The position numbers and the translations under genes are program-made. Below, in pieces: positions 38,890 through 51,795 of a DNA stretch of 64,000 bases. Source of the stretch: Callorhinchus milii (taxonomy: Eukaryota); the NCBI RefSeq assembly GCF_018977255.1, contig NW_024704743.1:14262001-14326000 (forward strand). The letters run 5' to 3'. Numbering within the stretch: position 1 is the stretch's first letter; the number at the start of each line of letters is the position of its first letter. Under the pieces are notes generated by a model. The model saw only the letters and a list, made by a program, of their open reading frames with translations, did not search any database and was not told the origin of the DNA.

Positions 38890-39556
38890 TGGATAGACTA
38901 AGTGTGATCCATGTGTAGTTGTATGATTCTCTGAGAAATCTTTATGTCTCTAGTACTATCTGTAGTATTCTAATATTAACTAGCTAAAACCAATGTTTAA
39001 TGCAAATACCTAAAATAATAAAAATTAAAACATAATTTCCCTTCTCTTCACTGCTCTTCTCTTGGGATATCCTCCTGATGTGAAAGGCTCCATACAAATA
39101 TAATTTGTTGTTGTTCTTCTTCTTCTTCCCTTCTCTTCTCTGATCTCTTGTTTTTAGTATAAAGTTTACCTTTTACCTATTTCCTAACAGCATAGCAGGA
39201 TAAAACATTGGTTTTGTTCACTGAATAAATGTATGAATCACTTCTAACAAAATATAAAACAACAACTTGCATTTATTTAGCTCCCTTTGTCTTGGAGCTT
39301 TTAATGTAATAATAATTACTTTTCATCCAGGACCTTTCATATATGGAGGATGTCTCAAAGCGCTTTGCAGGAATTACTGTGAAGTATAGGGACTATAATT
39401 TTTAAGTGAAATATTTTGGTTGCATTAATTCAAAAATATGNTTTTTTTAAAGAAGGTGTTTGTGCCATTGTTTGAAGAATAGAATCACTTGTGCAGATTT
39501 TAATTTTCATCGACATTTAAATTCAATAACAAATAGGACCTAGGAAAGGTACATAC

Positions 39557-39694
39557 TTGATTTTCCTTTACATTTATCTCTCCTTGTTCTTTACAGCCTG
39601 TGAATAGTTTGGTGCATCTGAAGATCCTTTCACCCAGCATCACCCTTTGGACAAAGGTGGCAGGAAAATATCCCACTCGGTCTTCAATTTTACC
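39557..39694 (-). CDS. STAC: STAC coding exon (10), [46 protein letters not shown]
   Basis: 138 nt, tttcag acceptor, GTATGT donor; end of SH3-1 and start of SH3-2. Confidence 0.96.
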
Positions 39695-39789
39695 CTGAAA
39701 AATGCAGGGAAAGAAAATATTTAGCAAAGGTAACATAGTGCAATATCCATAACATTCTAGCTTTTCTCAAAACAAAATTGCAGCACAAT

Positions 39790-40080
39790 AGTCTGGCCCA
39801 GTTGGTAGACTCTTGCCTCGAATTCAGAAGGTTGTGGGTTCAAGCCCCACGTCAGAACTCAAACTTGCATAGTCAAAACTGACACTTCAATGCAGTGCAG
39901 GGGTGTGCTGTATAGTATGCAATACAGTCCTTCAAAGAAGACATTAAACCCAGGTCCCGTCTGCCTGTTCAGGTGGATGTTAAAAATCCCACGGCACTAT
40001 TCAAAACAGAAGGGAGTTTCTCCTGATGTCGTGACCAACAAGCCCTCAAATAAAATTAATTAGTCATTCAGTTCATAACT
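39790..40080 (+). mobile_element. DeuSINE (5' two thirds)
   Basis: tRNA-like head with ggttcaagccc, ccgtctgcctgttcaggtggatgttaaaaatcccacggcactattc. Confidence 0.8.
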
Positions 40081-41324
40081 GGATCGTAGTGTGGATATTC
40101 TGAAAAGACGAGATCAAATGGCAGATGATGGGACATCCTATTGTGAAGCACTTAACACTGCAGAGTCGAGGAGGAATGAAGGTCTTCCATCGGCCTTCTC
40201 TTTCACACAGATTTCAGATACACTGAGGCAAGGTCAGTGAGCACACAAGAATTAGGTGCAATACACACCGATAGAGATATATACATTTCCCCTTTATTTG
40301 TGAAAAAAAACACATTTTTCTGTGGGAATAGTGCATGGTGTTGCAAGGAGCTGCTGTTTATGCCCTTCTGAAAAATAACACAATTTCGGATGTCTAAACA
40401 AGCACTGAAAAGGTGTAGATACTTCAATCCCTTTGCACGAGTTGGATGCAGCTACTATATCACAAAAAACATGTTAGCTCCTCATCGGAATATCTGATAT
40501 TATTTAACAATCACCATTCGATTTTACTTCAAATTATATAGTATATCTTAATAGGTGCAGTTGGTGTACTAAGAAAGTTTTACTCTCCAATTCCTCTTTC
40601 AAGATGTGCAATCTATAAACACATCTTAATATCCTCCAATCATTTTTCACCTTTTTTCATTTTGCAAATCACTCTCGTATTTATGTTTCAGATGAATCTT
40701 AACATAAATCAGGCCTTGTATATTTTGTTTAAATAGTCTACCCACACTACTTGTTCTGTTACCATAGCAAATGGTAACACATCCATTACAAAATGTACTT
40801 GTACATTCCAGTGAAGCCTTTCCTGTGAAATAGACAACTGCACAGAAGCAACAATGTATATTTCACTTATCCATCAATCATACAACATTTTGGAAAGTTC
40901 AGTACGTTACTCATAGAAATTGCATGAAGTTGCTCAACTGATTTCTCCTCATAGCTTATTCTGACAGGCGTGTGTTCACTAGATACAGTGTATAACACGT
41001 GCTCTTCACCAATCAATCCGTACTGTAAGCAGATATGAAGCAAATGGCCAATTTATTTTGGGGGAATTGTTGATGAGGAGATTGGGAGAAACCCCTATGT
41101 TAATTACCCTCTAGGTACAGAAATAGCATAAGAATCTACTCAACAATTTATTTTTTACATGCTACAAATCTCCTGTCATGTTATGGGGGAGATACAAGCA
41201 ATCACATTTGTGCTATATTGCCTATGACTATGTCTATGGCATATTGTTTAAAAATATATATTCTTGTTCTCTTTGTTCCCTATAGCTGGACCTGGGAGAG
41301 CTGTGTTATAATCTCCACTTTTGT

Positions 41325-41690
41325 AGAGTCCGGTAGTGTATTGGTTAGAGCACTTACCTCGCAAACGAGAGGACCCAGGGTTAATTGCTTGGTGAGGTTA
41401 AACCTTAGGCAGGTTTTGTAACTCCACAAGCCTCTATTTACCCAGCAGTAAGTAGGAACCTAGTTATTAGTTGATTGGAGGATTGCTTTCCATGAGTAAT
41501 AATCCTTCCCGATAAAAAAAATTATTTAATCACTCAATCCACAATTGTTTGTGGGACACTGTTGTGTACAATTGGTTGCCGTGTTTTGCCCACAAAATAT
41601 AGTCAATTCACATTACTGTATATTCTGAGAAGCACTTTGAGGCATTTCAATGACATGATAAGGTCCTATAACAAATGCAAGGATTATTGT
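41325..41690 (+). mobile_element. Full-length tRNA-Ala composite SINE (long form)
   Basis: Same architecture as 26668-27035. Confidence 0.85.
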
Positions 41691-42377
41691 TCTTATAGTT
41701 TTATCAGCAAAAGTAGAATTGGACAGCATTTCTTTGCAACACACGCATATTTCATCACATTTGTCATGAAGTGCGTTCCCATCTACAATACTACACATGG
41801 GAACTCTCAACTGTGCTTTGTGATCAGGGGGTGGCAGAGCATGTACGTCCCAAAAGAGAAAAACAAATTATTCTAATGCAAGGAGTTTAGCAAAGGGTAA
41901 ATAAATAAATAAAAAAATATTAATAAAGGTCAAATAATATTTGCTACTGAGCACAAAGATTGACACGATAACAAATGATAACTGACTGTTGTCTCCACAG
42001 GTGGTTTCTACAAAGAAACAACATAAAGGTTATGGTGGAATGTAGAGTTCATCCTCGTCTGTCATGCCTTAGGCAAAACATTATTTATTATATCCTACTT
42101 GTCACAATAGAGTTATTTATAATAAGCTCATGCTGTAAAATTAAAATAAGTAGGAATTCCATGTAGGCAGTATAACAACAATAACATTAATAATGACAGC
42201 AACTTGCATTTATACAGTGCCTTCAAGCGGATTTAGTGTTTTGGAGTGCTTAACAGTGGTGGAGCTTGGCACTGAGTTGAGATGACTGTAGGCACAGTCA
42301 AAGACAACCTCAAGTGCGAACTGAAGATGAGCAAGGTGGAAGCAAGGCAGAGGGATTGAGGCAGAGAGTTCCAGAGT

Positions 42378-42916
42378 TTCTGGGTGTTGTTCTGGTCATC
42401 GCAATATAAAAAGGATATTGCAGCGATTGAGAGGATACAGAGGAGGGCAACCAAAATGATTGAGGGAATGGAGGGACTGGACAATTAAGAGCAATTATAT
42501 AAACTAGGCATGTTCACACTGGAGAAGAGAAGGTTGAGGGGCGATATGATTGCAGTCTTTAAGATTTTGAAGGGAAGAAAATGTAGACTATGATAAGCTG
42601 TTTTATCTTGTACTGAACAGTAGAACCAGAGGACGTGGCCTGCAATTGAAGGAGGGTAAATTCAGAACAAATCTGCGGTAACATTACTTCAATGAGCGAG
42701 TAGTAAACTTATGGAACAGGCTCCCTAGGGAGACAGTGGAAGCAGAAAATGTTATTTGTTTCAAGAACAAATTAGACAGATTTCTGATAGAAAATAATAT
42801 CTCAGGATACAGTATATAGTTTAGCACATGACATGTCAAGCAATCGCCAGGTAGGCAAACTAGATGGGCCTTGTTCTTCTTTCATCTAGCAAATTCTTAT
42901 GTTCTCATGTTCTATG
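42378..42916 (+). mobile_element. CR1 3' end nested in an old L2 3' fragment (~42195-42377 and ~42917-43010, minus)
   Basis: CR1 motifs and (TTCTTATG)-like tail; L2 collinear on both sides. Confidence 0.82.
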
Positions 42917-43499
42917 TGTAGTGGCTGAAGGCTGCTGACAATGGAGTGGAGGGGACGAGGGACGTGTAGGAGGCCGCAGCTGGCTGAGCGGAGGTGGCTG
43001 ATAGAAGACTGGGTTATAAGCAGGTTGAAGAAATAGAGAGGTGCCAGTAACAAATATAACTAGCTCTGTATGGAAAACATATACACTGTTGTATATATTA
43101 AACATATACAGTATATATAGTAAAAGCACTTCAGTTTGACTGACTCTTCCATTTAAAGATTTGGCTACGTCAGTAAACCAGCTGTCCATAATTTAGGAAT
43201 CACAGATGCTGTGTAAAGTTAACACCAAGAATGAGGAGGTGGGAGATACTCATTAGTCAGTCAAAGCAACAGCAGAAACCATGTGAGTTCTTTCCAGAAT
43301 TATCTTATTCTCTGTGTTTGAGAACCTTGCTACCCAATGCAGTCGGCATGTGTTTGAATGATCTAAAGATGTTCTGGGTTGAGGAGGCAGCAATAAAAAT
43401 CCTGCACGAGCACATCCTTCTGTGAGCAACTCCACTAACAGGTGCAATACTTATTCAATCAAAGAAGGGAAGAAGCAAAACTCAAATAACAGAATTCAT

Positions 43500-44330
43500 T
43501 AGACATGGCTGGGCCATAGATATCTGCCCCCTTCCCTCATCTACTTCAAGGACAGCCTCAAGTCCTTCCTCTTTGACTGCACTTTTGGTCACTCTACCCC
43601 TTTAACTCCCAGCTCATATACCAACCTTAGACTGTCCAGTGGCTTGGGATGTCCTCCTGATGCAAAAAGCGCTGTATAAATGAAAATTAGTATTGTATTG
43701 TATAAATGACTACAACAACAATTTACATTTGTACAGCACTTTTCATGTTGGGAGGATGTCTCAAAACGTTTCACAGAGCCAACTGAAAGCCCGAGCTGTG
43801 AGTGGGGGAGCTGAGGAAGACGAAGAAGGGGAAGGGTGACCAAAAGCACGATCAAAGAGGAAGGTCTTAAGGCAGACTTTAAAAATGGGGAGGAAGAGAG
43901 CGAGGAGTTCCAGAGAATGGTGGCAGATAGTGAGGCAGAACAGGCGGAGGACATGAAGCAACGTTCAACAACAACAACAAATTGCATTTATATAGCGCCT
44001 TTCACATTGGGAGGACATCCCAATCTGCTGGATCCTAAAGGATTTGCACTTGAGCTGCAGGCAGAAGTCAAGAGGGGTGGAGGGCAAGGGGGATGGGGTA
44101 GGAAGATGACCAAAGACTTGATCAAAGAGGAAGGTCCTGAGATGGGCCTTGAAGGCGGCAAGGGAGGGTGCAAGGCAGAAGGGCTCTGGAATGGAGTTAC
44201 AGAGGGTGGGGGCAGAAAGGCTGAAGGCCCGACCACTGATGGTGGAGCGGGCAGGGCTGGAGACATGGAGCTGGCCAGTGCCCGCCGAGCGGAGGGTACA
44301 GCGGAGTGGTGGGATTACAGAAGGTTGCAG
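43500..44330. mobile_element. Three adjacent L2 3' ends (one plus, two minus)
   Basis: Tails at ~43690 (+), ~43710 (-) and ~43966 (-). Confidence 0.8.
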
Positions 44331-45057
44331 AAAGAAGAACATAAATCATGTACAAACACAATATTTCTAGGTGATTTTAGTGCTCATCTTGATATATCTT
44401 TTTTATTTCATTGAGAAACCCTTTCAGTTCATACTTTTTAGAGTGACAGTTGATGATGATCAGAAGAGTGAAACAAGGTGATACAGTGAAATGGGAGCTG
44501 TTGCTGTCTACCTGGGTCTTGCGTTCTGAATAAATCTGGTCTAAGTGAAAGAGATAAACAGCTGTTCCAATAAGGGTCTCAGTCCAGCTTTTAGTGAACA
44601 CGTAAATTACTTAGAATTCAGGTCTGATTTGGACAGTTTCCTACAGACAGTGACTGAGGAAGATTGATTGCGAGCTGGTGCAATAGACATCACTATCTTT
44701 GGGGCTCACTCAGAATAATTCTGGATTTTCTATGTCTGGTATTGTTTCTTGAACTAGACCTTACATGTCGCTACCACCAGTTGCAAAGAGGAAACATTTT
44801 CCACTCCCACTTAAATGATCATTCTATACCTTGAAGAGCACGAATGATTGAAATCATTATGGAAATTAAGTTGCTACAGCAATCTATTAAAGTGCATCTA
44901 ATTTGAGATAGCCATGTTTAATCAGGAGATATGAATAACAAAAAATTGCTAGTAAAAACATGGTCTTTCTGAATTGTGATATTACACTACTCAGGGTTCA
45001 TGAGCTACTTTGCCATCTGATAGATTATGCTGATTTCTCACATTCTCCTCAAAGGGG

Positions 45058-45350
45058 AATTGTATATAGCGCCTTCCACTTTAAAGGACATCCCAAAAAC
45101 ATTCACAGAACAGGGTGGGCACTCAAAATGGAGACAGTAGCCAAGGTGGGGAGGGGTAAAGATGATCAAAAGTGCAGCCAAAGAGCTATGTTTTGAGATG
45201 TGTCTTGAAAGAGGAGAGGGAGGGAGCGAGTTAGAGGGATTCCAGGATGGAGTTCCAGAGAGCAGGGTAGATTGTCTGAAAGCCTACCTGCTGACGAAGG
45301 GGTGGACAGGATAGAGAACATGAAGCAAGCCAGTGCTCGCTGAGCGAAGG
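45058..45350 (-). mobile_element. Old L2 3' fragment
   Basis: tatatagcgccttcc...ggacatccc tail and G-rich body. Confidence 0.7.
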
Positions 45351-45794
45351 GAGCTATCTTACTATCTGATTTTTTTCCACTCACCTAATCTGTTGAGGGT
45401 GGACTAGTACTTTTCCTTCTGCTGGGTACAGTTCTACAGACACCCTCTGGTACCTCATCTAAACTGTCGTTATTCATGTGCAAGTATTGACAATTATTGT
45501 AAGATGGCTATTGAATGTATCCTACACTGGCATTATAAGTGTGTGTCAGCCAGATGAGAAGCTGACACATGAACAATGATTACATGTCCACCCCAGCATG
45601 GGGCGATGGGGCAATGGGAAGAAAATTAGAATGCTGTAATTTTGAAAAAGTAGGCAAGTGTTTAGCCACCTGTGACCATATAATAATTTCCCCTTTTAAT
45701 AACTTGCTCTGGATATCCTGGCTATCTAGATCTTTGCATGCTGGTAGAATAATCTTTCTATTACAGCAGAGAATAGAAATTTAGGAAATCTTAC

Positions 45795-45846
45795 CTTCCA
45801 CCACTCTTCATTAGAATCATCTAGCAGAGTAACCCTGTCTCCAGCC
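45795..45846 (-). CDS. STAC: STAC coding exon (9), (Q)AGDRVTLLDDSNEEWWK
   Basis: 52 nt, ttacag acceptor, GTAAGA donor; SH3 WW motif; phase 2 to 0 fits both neighbours. Confidence 0.95.
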
Positions 45847-46074
45847 CTGTAAGTTCAAACAAAAATATGTTGACAGTGTTCAATCAAATCATCTCGATCT
45901 TGGACATGAAGGAAGTTCAAGTTAAGGATTAAAGGCTATTTCATGGAGTGTTCTTCATACTTCAATTCTATTACCTTGCTCATTCTCAATGTACATTCAT
46001 ACCATAACTTTTCCCCCTTTGAAATATCCCAATTGATTTCTGTATCTTTAAAATACAAAAAAAAATGTATTTTG

Positions 46075-47050
46075 CCAAGGCGAAACCTTGGGCAAGTTTC
46101 CTTACTCCACACGTCTAATAATAATCCCTCAAGAAAAAATAAATAAATTGGTCACTTCAATCCACTACTGTTTGGGGCACTGCTGTGCGCAATTGTCTGC
46201 CGAGTTTCGCCCACAAATATACGGTCAATTGACTTTACAGTATATTCTGTGAAGCGCTTTGAGACATCTAGAAGATGTGAAAAGCGCTATATTAAATGCA
46301 AGGATTATTATTATTATTATTATTATTAATATTATTATTATCTATGGCCTTCTCGGACTGTGAATTCCACATTCGCAGAAGAAATGTTTAATCGGTTTAG
46401 CTATAATTTTAAGATTATTTCCTCCTTTTGCCTACTAGAGGAGTCATACCATATCTATCTTGTCAATTTTCTTCATTAGCTTAAATACCTCAAACAGATC
46501 ACTCTTCTCACGCTTAACCTTCTTAATGCTGGGACTATAACCCATTTATCCAGTGCCTCATCAAAATTAAATCCCACTTTCATCACTTGTAAAATCGCTT
46601 TCAATAATTTATAAAACTCGACACCTAAATCCGTTTGTTCCCTCCCATCTTTCTTATGATTCCTCATTTAGAATGTAATACATTCCCACCTGCCGCTGTG
46701 ACATCCTCGTGGATTAACACAAGCTTTATTCAACTGCGCCTTATCACCTCTTTGAGACGTCTCAAAGCGCTTCACAGAATATACTGTATATTTTGTGGGC
46801 GAAACGTGGCAGCCAATTGCGCACAGCAGTGTCCCACAAACAGTCGTGGGTTGAAGTGACTAATTTTTTCTTCTAAGGCATTATTACCCCTGGAAAAGCG
46901 ATCCTTCAATTGACTAACAACTGTGTTCTACTTACGTTTAGGTAAACAGAGCCATGTGGAGTAAGGAAACTTACGCAAAGTTTCGCCCTGCAGAGAATCG
47001 AACCCAGATCTCTCGCTTGCTTGGCGAGTTCTGTAACCCTGAGGTACAGG
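46075..47050. mobile_element. Two tRNA-Ala SINEs (46075-46340 +, short form; 46735-47050 -, long form) with an old CR1 fragment between
   Basis: Shared SINE motifs; CR1 cttaaccttcttaatgct...tataaccc in between. Confidence 0.8.
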
Positions 47051-48619
47051 ACGACAATGGACTAGTTGGACCTCTTGATCTGTTTCAGTGCTCACTTGCT
47101 TAATCTGGATATGTCCTCTACAATCTTCAGCTCTCTTCATAATTTACTATACCATCCACATAAAAAGTTGGATATACCCCCCTCTATTCCTAAATCATTT
47201 GTTGATAGCTTAAAAAATGGAGACTCCAATCGGTCACTGCTTGCCACTGCCTGCTAACCAGACGGTTCCTTTTATCCTAACATTCTGCTTCCCCCTCCTG
47301 ATTTTTCTTGATGAAGTGCTCCAAGTGCTCAATTACTCTGTCCTGAGTGATAGATTCTGGTAATTTCTCCACCCCTGTAACATTGTAACATCATAGAGAT
47401 CTAATGGAATTTAATTTGCTTCTTCCTCTCTTCTTCAATAATGCCATTACATTTGCTATTTTGGCCGACAAATACATAGTCGTTGCCCTGAAATCATGTG
47501 AAGTGCTTTGAGATGTTTCAACTATGTGATAAAGCATTATATATCAAAGGATTATTATTATTTTGCAGTCCTCAGGTACCTTTCCTGAATCCATAGTGCT
47601 TTGAAAGATTATAACTAATGCATGTCCAATTTCCTTGCCTATTTATTTTCATACCCCTAGGATGGAAACCTAGGCAGTAGAGATTTATGTCTTCAGTCAT
47701 AATAGTTTACCCATTAGAAATGTCTTGTTTATATTAATCTTTGTCATTTTCTCCCCTTCACTAATCTGCACTCTTCCCTATACCCCTGGTATCATATTCT
47801 TTTCTCATAGTGAAAACTAAAGGAAAATATTCATTTGCTGGTTCTCTATTATTATGAATCATTTTTTAATGATCTTCTCCAACTGCTTTACCAATCTCCT
47901 CTTCTTGAATCACTTAGAAACCATTTGCTGCTGCTCAATACAATCTGAATTGCATGTTGTTTTCACACTTGTAATTTGTGATCCTTATATTCTTGCTCTT
48001 ATTATTTTAATTCTTTCAGCTTTATGAAAAAAAATCCTCCCACCCAGCCCTCCTTCTTGCTAATTTCCCTAGTTTTGTACATTTGAAAAGGTACAAAAAA
48101 AAGTACATGCCTTAAGGTTAATTCTTTTCACATTGGGGGAAAGTACAGTATTGTACATGCGAGTGCTTTCATGTTTGATTGGATGTAATGTGAGGACTAC
48201 ATTTGCTGAGAAGCCTGTCATTATTTGGGTTAACAAAGTGCTTCCCAGGAAAGCGTTAGTGTAAATGCTATCTCGGGTTGTAAGGTGCTCGTCTTCCAAG
48301 GAATCAAACATAAATCACCCCAACTCACGAGAATTTGGAGCTGAGGTGACCCCAGGTTGATCAATTACTTTCTGATCGAGTTCAATATCTGGAGCTTGAA
48401 ATTCCTCATATTAGCAGGTTTAACAATTGTCTTAAAATGTAAGATTGTAGAGTTTCGGGAAATAACTTTTTATATTCAATCTTAATTTAAAAGCCTATTT
48501 TCCATAGTATCCAAAAGTGTAAAAAGATCAGCTTTCAGACTAAGACTGAATTTAAGCCTGTTTTAGAAAGTTCCTCAATAATCTTGAATTTTAATACAAT
48601 GTTTAAGACAGTTGACTTA

Positions 48620-49155
48620 TCAGCCTAGCTCAGTTGGTAGTACTCTCTTCTTTGGTGTCAGAAATTTATGGTTCAAACCCCACCTCAGGGCTATGAGTTC
48701 ATAACTGACACTCTACTGCAATGCTGGGGATGTGCTGCATTGTTGGAGATACTATCAACATAAGAACAAAATAATTTGCTAGGCAAAAGAAGACCAAGTC
48801 CATCCAGTTTGCCTTCCACCATCCTTGCGGGTGCTTGACATGCCGTGTCCCAAACTATATATTGTATCCCAAGATATTATTTTTTAACAGAAATTTATTT
48901 ATGTCCTTCAGATGAGATATTAAACTGAGGTCTTACTTGCCTGTTTGAATTGGACCCTAAAGGGCCCATAACATTTATCAAAAGGGCCAACAATTCTCCA
49001 GAAATAAAATGGTCATACACTTCATGGCTGTCTGTGGGACAATGCTGTGTGCAAACTGGTTGCCATATTTTGCTTACGAATACATAGTCACTACACTTTG
49101 CAGAAAATGCTTTGAGGCGTTTCGACATAAGGCACCATATCAAATGCAAGTATTA
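48620..49155 (+). mobile_element. DeuSINE split by a CR1 3' tail (~48758-48895, minus)
   Basis: Deu sequence resumes at gtccttcagatgagatattaaactgaggtc; insert resembles 42780-42905. Confidence 0.75.
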
Positions 49156-49872
49156 TTCGAAAAGAACATGAGAACTTTCAGGTTCCTGAAACTATCTGAA
49201 GCCTGAAACAAATCGGCACTTTCTAGTGTTTTGGCTTAAACCTAAGTGGTAAAGTGGAGAGCATTACACTGGTGGTTTTCATCTGTCTACTCAGATCTCT
49301 GTTTGTTTGGTATTTCTTGCTGCTGAGCAATGGAAAATTCACAGTTGTCAGTAAGGTTTCCATTATAAATCAAAACAGGAAAGTAAGCCATTTGGATCAC
49401 AGGACTGTCTGCGATGAGAATACATCTTATATTTAAAGCCATGTAAACACTGAACTACACAGAATGATAGAATCAAAGAAATGACAGCATAGGAAGAGCC
49501 TTTCGAACCTAGCCTGGTGTTAAGTCATCTATGGACGTTAGCTACTATAATCGCAATTATTTATACTTTCCCTTCATCCTTTTATATTCCTATGAATAAA
49601 AATACTTACCCAATTCCCTTTGAGATGTTTTTATAATCTTAGAATAGCCATTTATTCTGATAACACTGCATGAAAAGGTTCCTTTTAATCTCTCATTTAA
49701 TTCTAATCGTACAACCCCTGTATATCTTTTGCCTTTAATCTACATGGATGAAAAAGCATTATTGCAAGGTACACTTTGCATGTGCCTGTTGCAGTTACTG
49801 ACTTTCGGAGTAAAAGTCAAATTGAATCCTGCATTGCAGAAAATATTTGTATATATATAGTCAGCCTCCCAT

Positions 49873-50943
49873 TATTTCATATTTTGGTATAGCATGGGTC
49901 CATTTAAAATGCAGGTGTACCAGAAATGGATATACTTCTGGCTTCCAGAGGTGACTAGCTGGCTGTCTGCACATAGCATGCAGAGGTAGACGTTCTCCTG
50001 GTGTCTGGTATCCCAGCAACTGTTGGAAACACTTGTGAGAGTGGTTGCTGGTTTACTGTGTGCTGCACTCGGTGCAGTTTACTAACATCGGTGGCGACAT
50101 GCGATCCAGAAGTGTTGACCGTTTGTATAGAATGACTCATTACAACATGGATCTAACTTTATGGCCCCAAACCTCCATATGCTTCATTTACACAGCCCCA
50201 TTGGTGGTAACGCTCAAAAATCACAAAAGCTTTGGCGATGGACCTTTCCCCAGTCTAGGAATGACTCAAAGAGGACATTGATCCGAAAACTAAAATATAT
50301 GCCTTTATAAATGTAAACTTCTCCTACCCACAGTCAAAAATGGTCAATTTATGTGCTGAACAAAGTGAGGCATGTCGGTGTTAGAGAATGAACTTGTGTT
50401 CACATAATCAGCATTAAGCATTCTCAAGCCAAATTTAGAATGTGCCAAGTGCAATACAAAACTCCTTTTATCCTTCACCAAGAATGAGCTGCAACCAAAA
50501 TCTCAAAGGAACACTTTTTACTTCATATTTTTTCCATCAGATATCCTTAACACAGAAAAAATGTTCAATGCATTTAGCCAATCCACAGGGCACACATAAA
50601 CCAGGCTCTCTATTTCTCAATTAGGTTAGTGTTATTTTTTAGTTAGTTTAATAATAAGACCAGAAACCAGATAAGACTAAGCCCTTCCCTGGTCCTAATG
50701 ACTTACCTAGTATGATTTTAATCTCAAAATTAGTTAATCGAAATACAGTAAATCAGCAACTACTCTCACAAGTGTTTCCAGCAGTTGCTGAGATACCAGA
50801 CACTAGGAGAACGTCTGCATCTGTGTGCTATATGCTGACAGCCAACTAGTCACCTCTGGAAGCCAGAAGTGTATCCGTTTCTGGTACATCTAAGGTACAC
50901 CTGCATTTTAAATGGACCCGTGCTATACCAAAATATAAAAATA
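49873..50943. repeat. Long inverted repeat, arms ~49873-50060 and ~50744-50943
   Basis: Hand alignment: 16 substitutions over ~180 bp plus an 11-nt insertion in the right arm. Confidence 0.93.
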
Positions 50944-51529
50944 TCAAATTTGACACACTGGGGTCTAATATGCTGGAACTTGTGAGAAAATTTGTAAATA
51001 TCAAATCTTTCATGAACCAATTTGAGTCTCAGGCCAAACTGCTGGAATTTGAAACCAATGTCAATTTTAGCTGTTCTTTTGCTGGGTGTTGAGTATCTCC
51101 TCCAGCTTCAATCCAACTTCAAACAAGTTGAAATTCAGACTGGCTGAGTGAAGTTCCTGTGGATTTTGTGAGACAAATCTGGTCACCTGCAGAATTAAAT
51201 ATTTAGACTCTAACCAGCTGAAACCGCATAGCTTGCCATTGATATCGCTGTCTGGCAAGCTTTCCCACTGCTTGTCCAGCTTGGACCACCCTACCCGTTA
51301 GGGCTTTGGCTTGCAGGGTTAACAGGAGCTGAGTGGGAGGATTCCCTGGCCCCAGTGACTGGTCTGCACTTTCAGGTCCTGCCGATGAGCTGGGCTATCA
51401 TGAGCAGTGCCCTGGAATACTGCAGACTCGCCTGGCTAAGGAATTCCGTCATTCCATTGCCAAGCATCTCCCGCTTACCACCCCCTCCCCCCAGGAGGAT
51501 AGTTAATAGTTGGTCATTCAACATCCAAC

Positions 51530-51795
51530 AATAATAATAATAATAATAATAATCCTTGCATTTGATATAGCGCTTTTCACGTCTTCTAGATGTCTCAAAG
51601 CGCTTCACAGAATATAATGTAAAGTGAATTGACCATATATTTGTGGGTGAAATGCGGCAGCCAATTGCGCACAGCAGTGTCCCACAAACAGTCGTGGATT
51701 GAAATTGACCAATTTATTATTGTTTTGTTTTTTGGAGGGATTATTACGAGGCGTGTGGAGTAAGGAAACTTGCGCAAGGTTTCGCCCAAGCAGAG
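51530..51795 (-). mobile_element. tRNA-Ala SINE, short form, head truncated
   Basis: Long (TAT)n tail, near-consensus 3' body. Confidence 0.85.

Noticed and set aside
45291..45310. CTGACGAAGGG hammerhead-like start
   Set aside because: Part of a decayed antisense L2; no stem II or GAAA
50265..50292. Hammerhead-like ctcaaaga-GGA-cattga-TCC-GAAAAC in the inverted-repeat spacer
   Set aside because: CUGANGA box not present and stem II only 3 bp; not supportable
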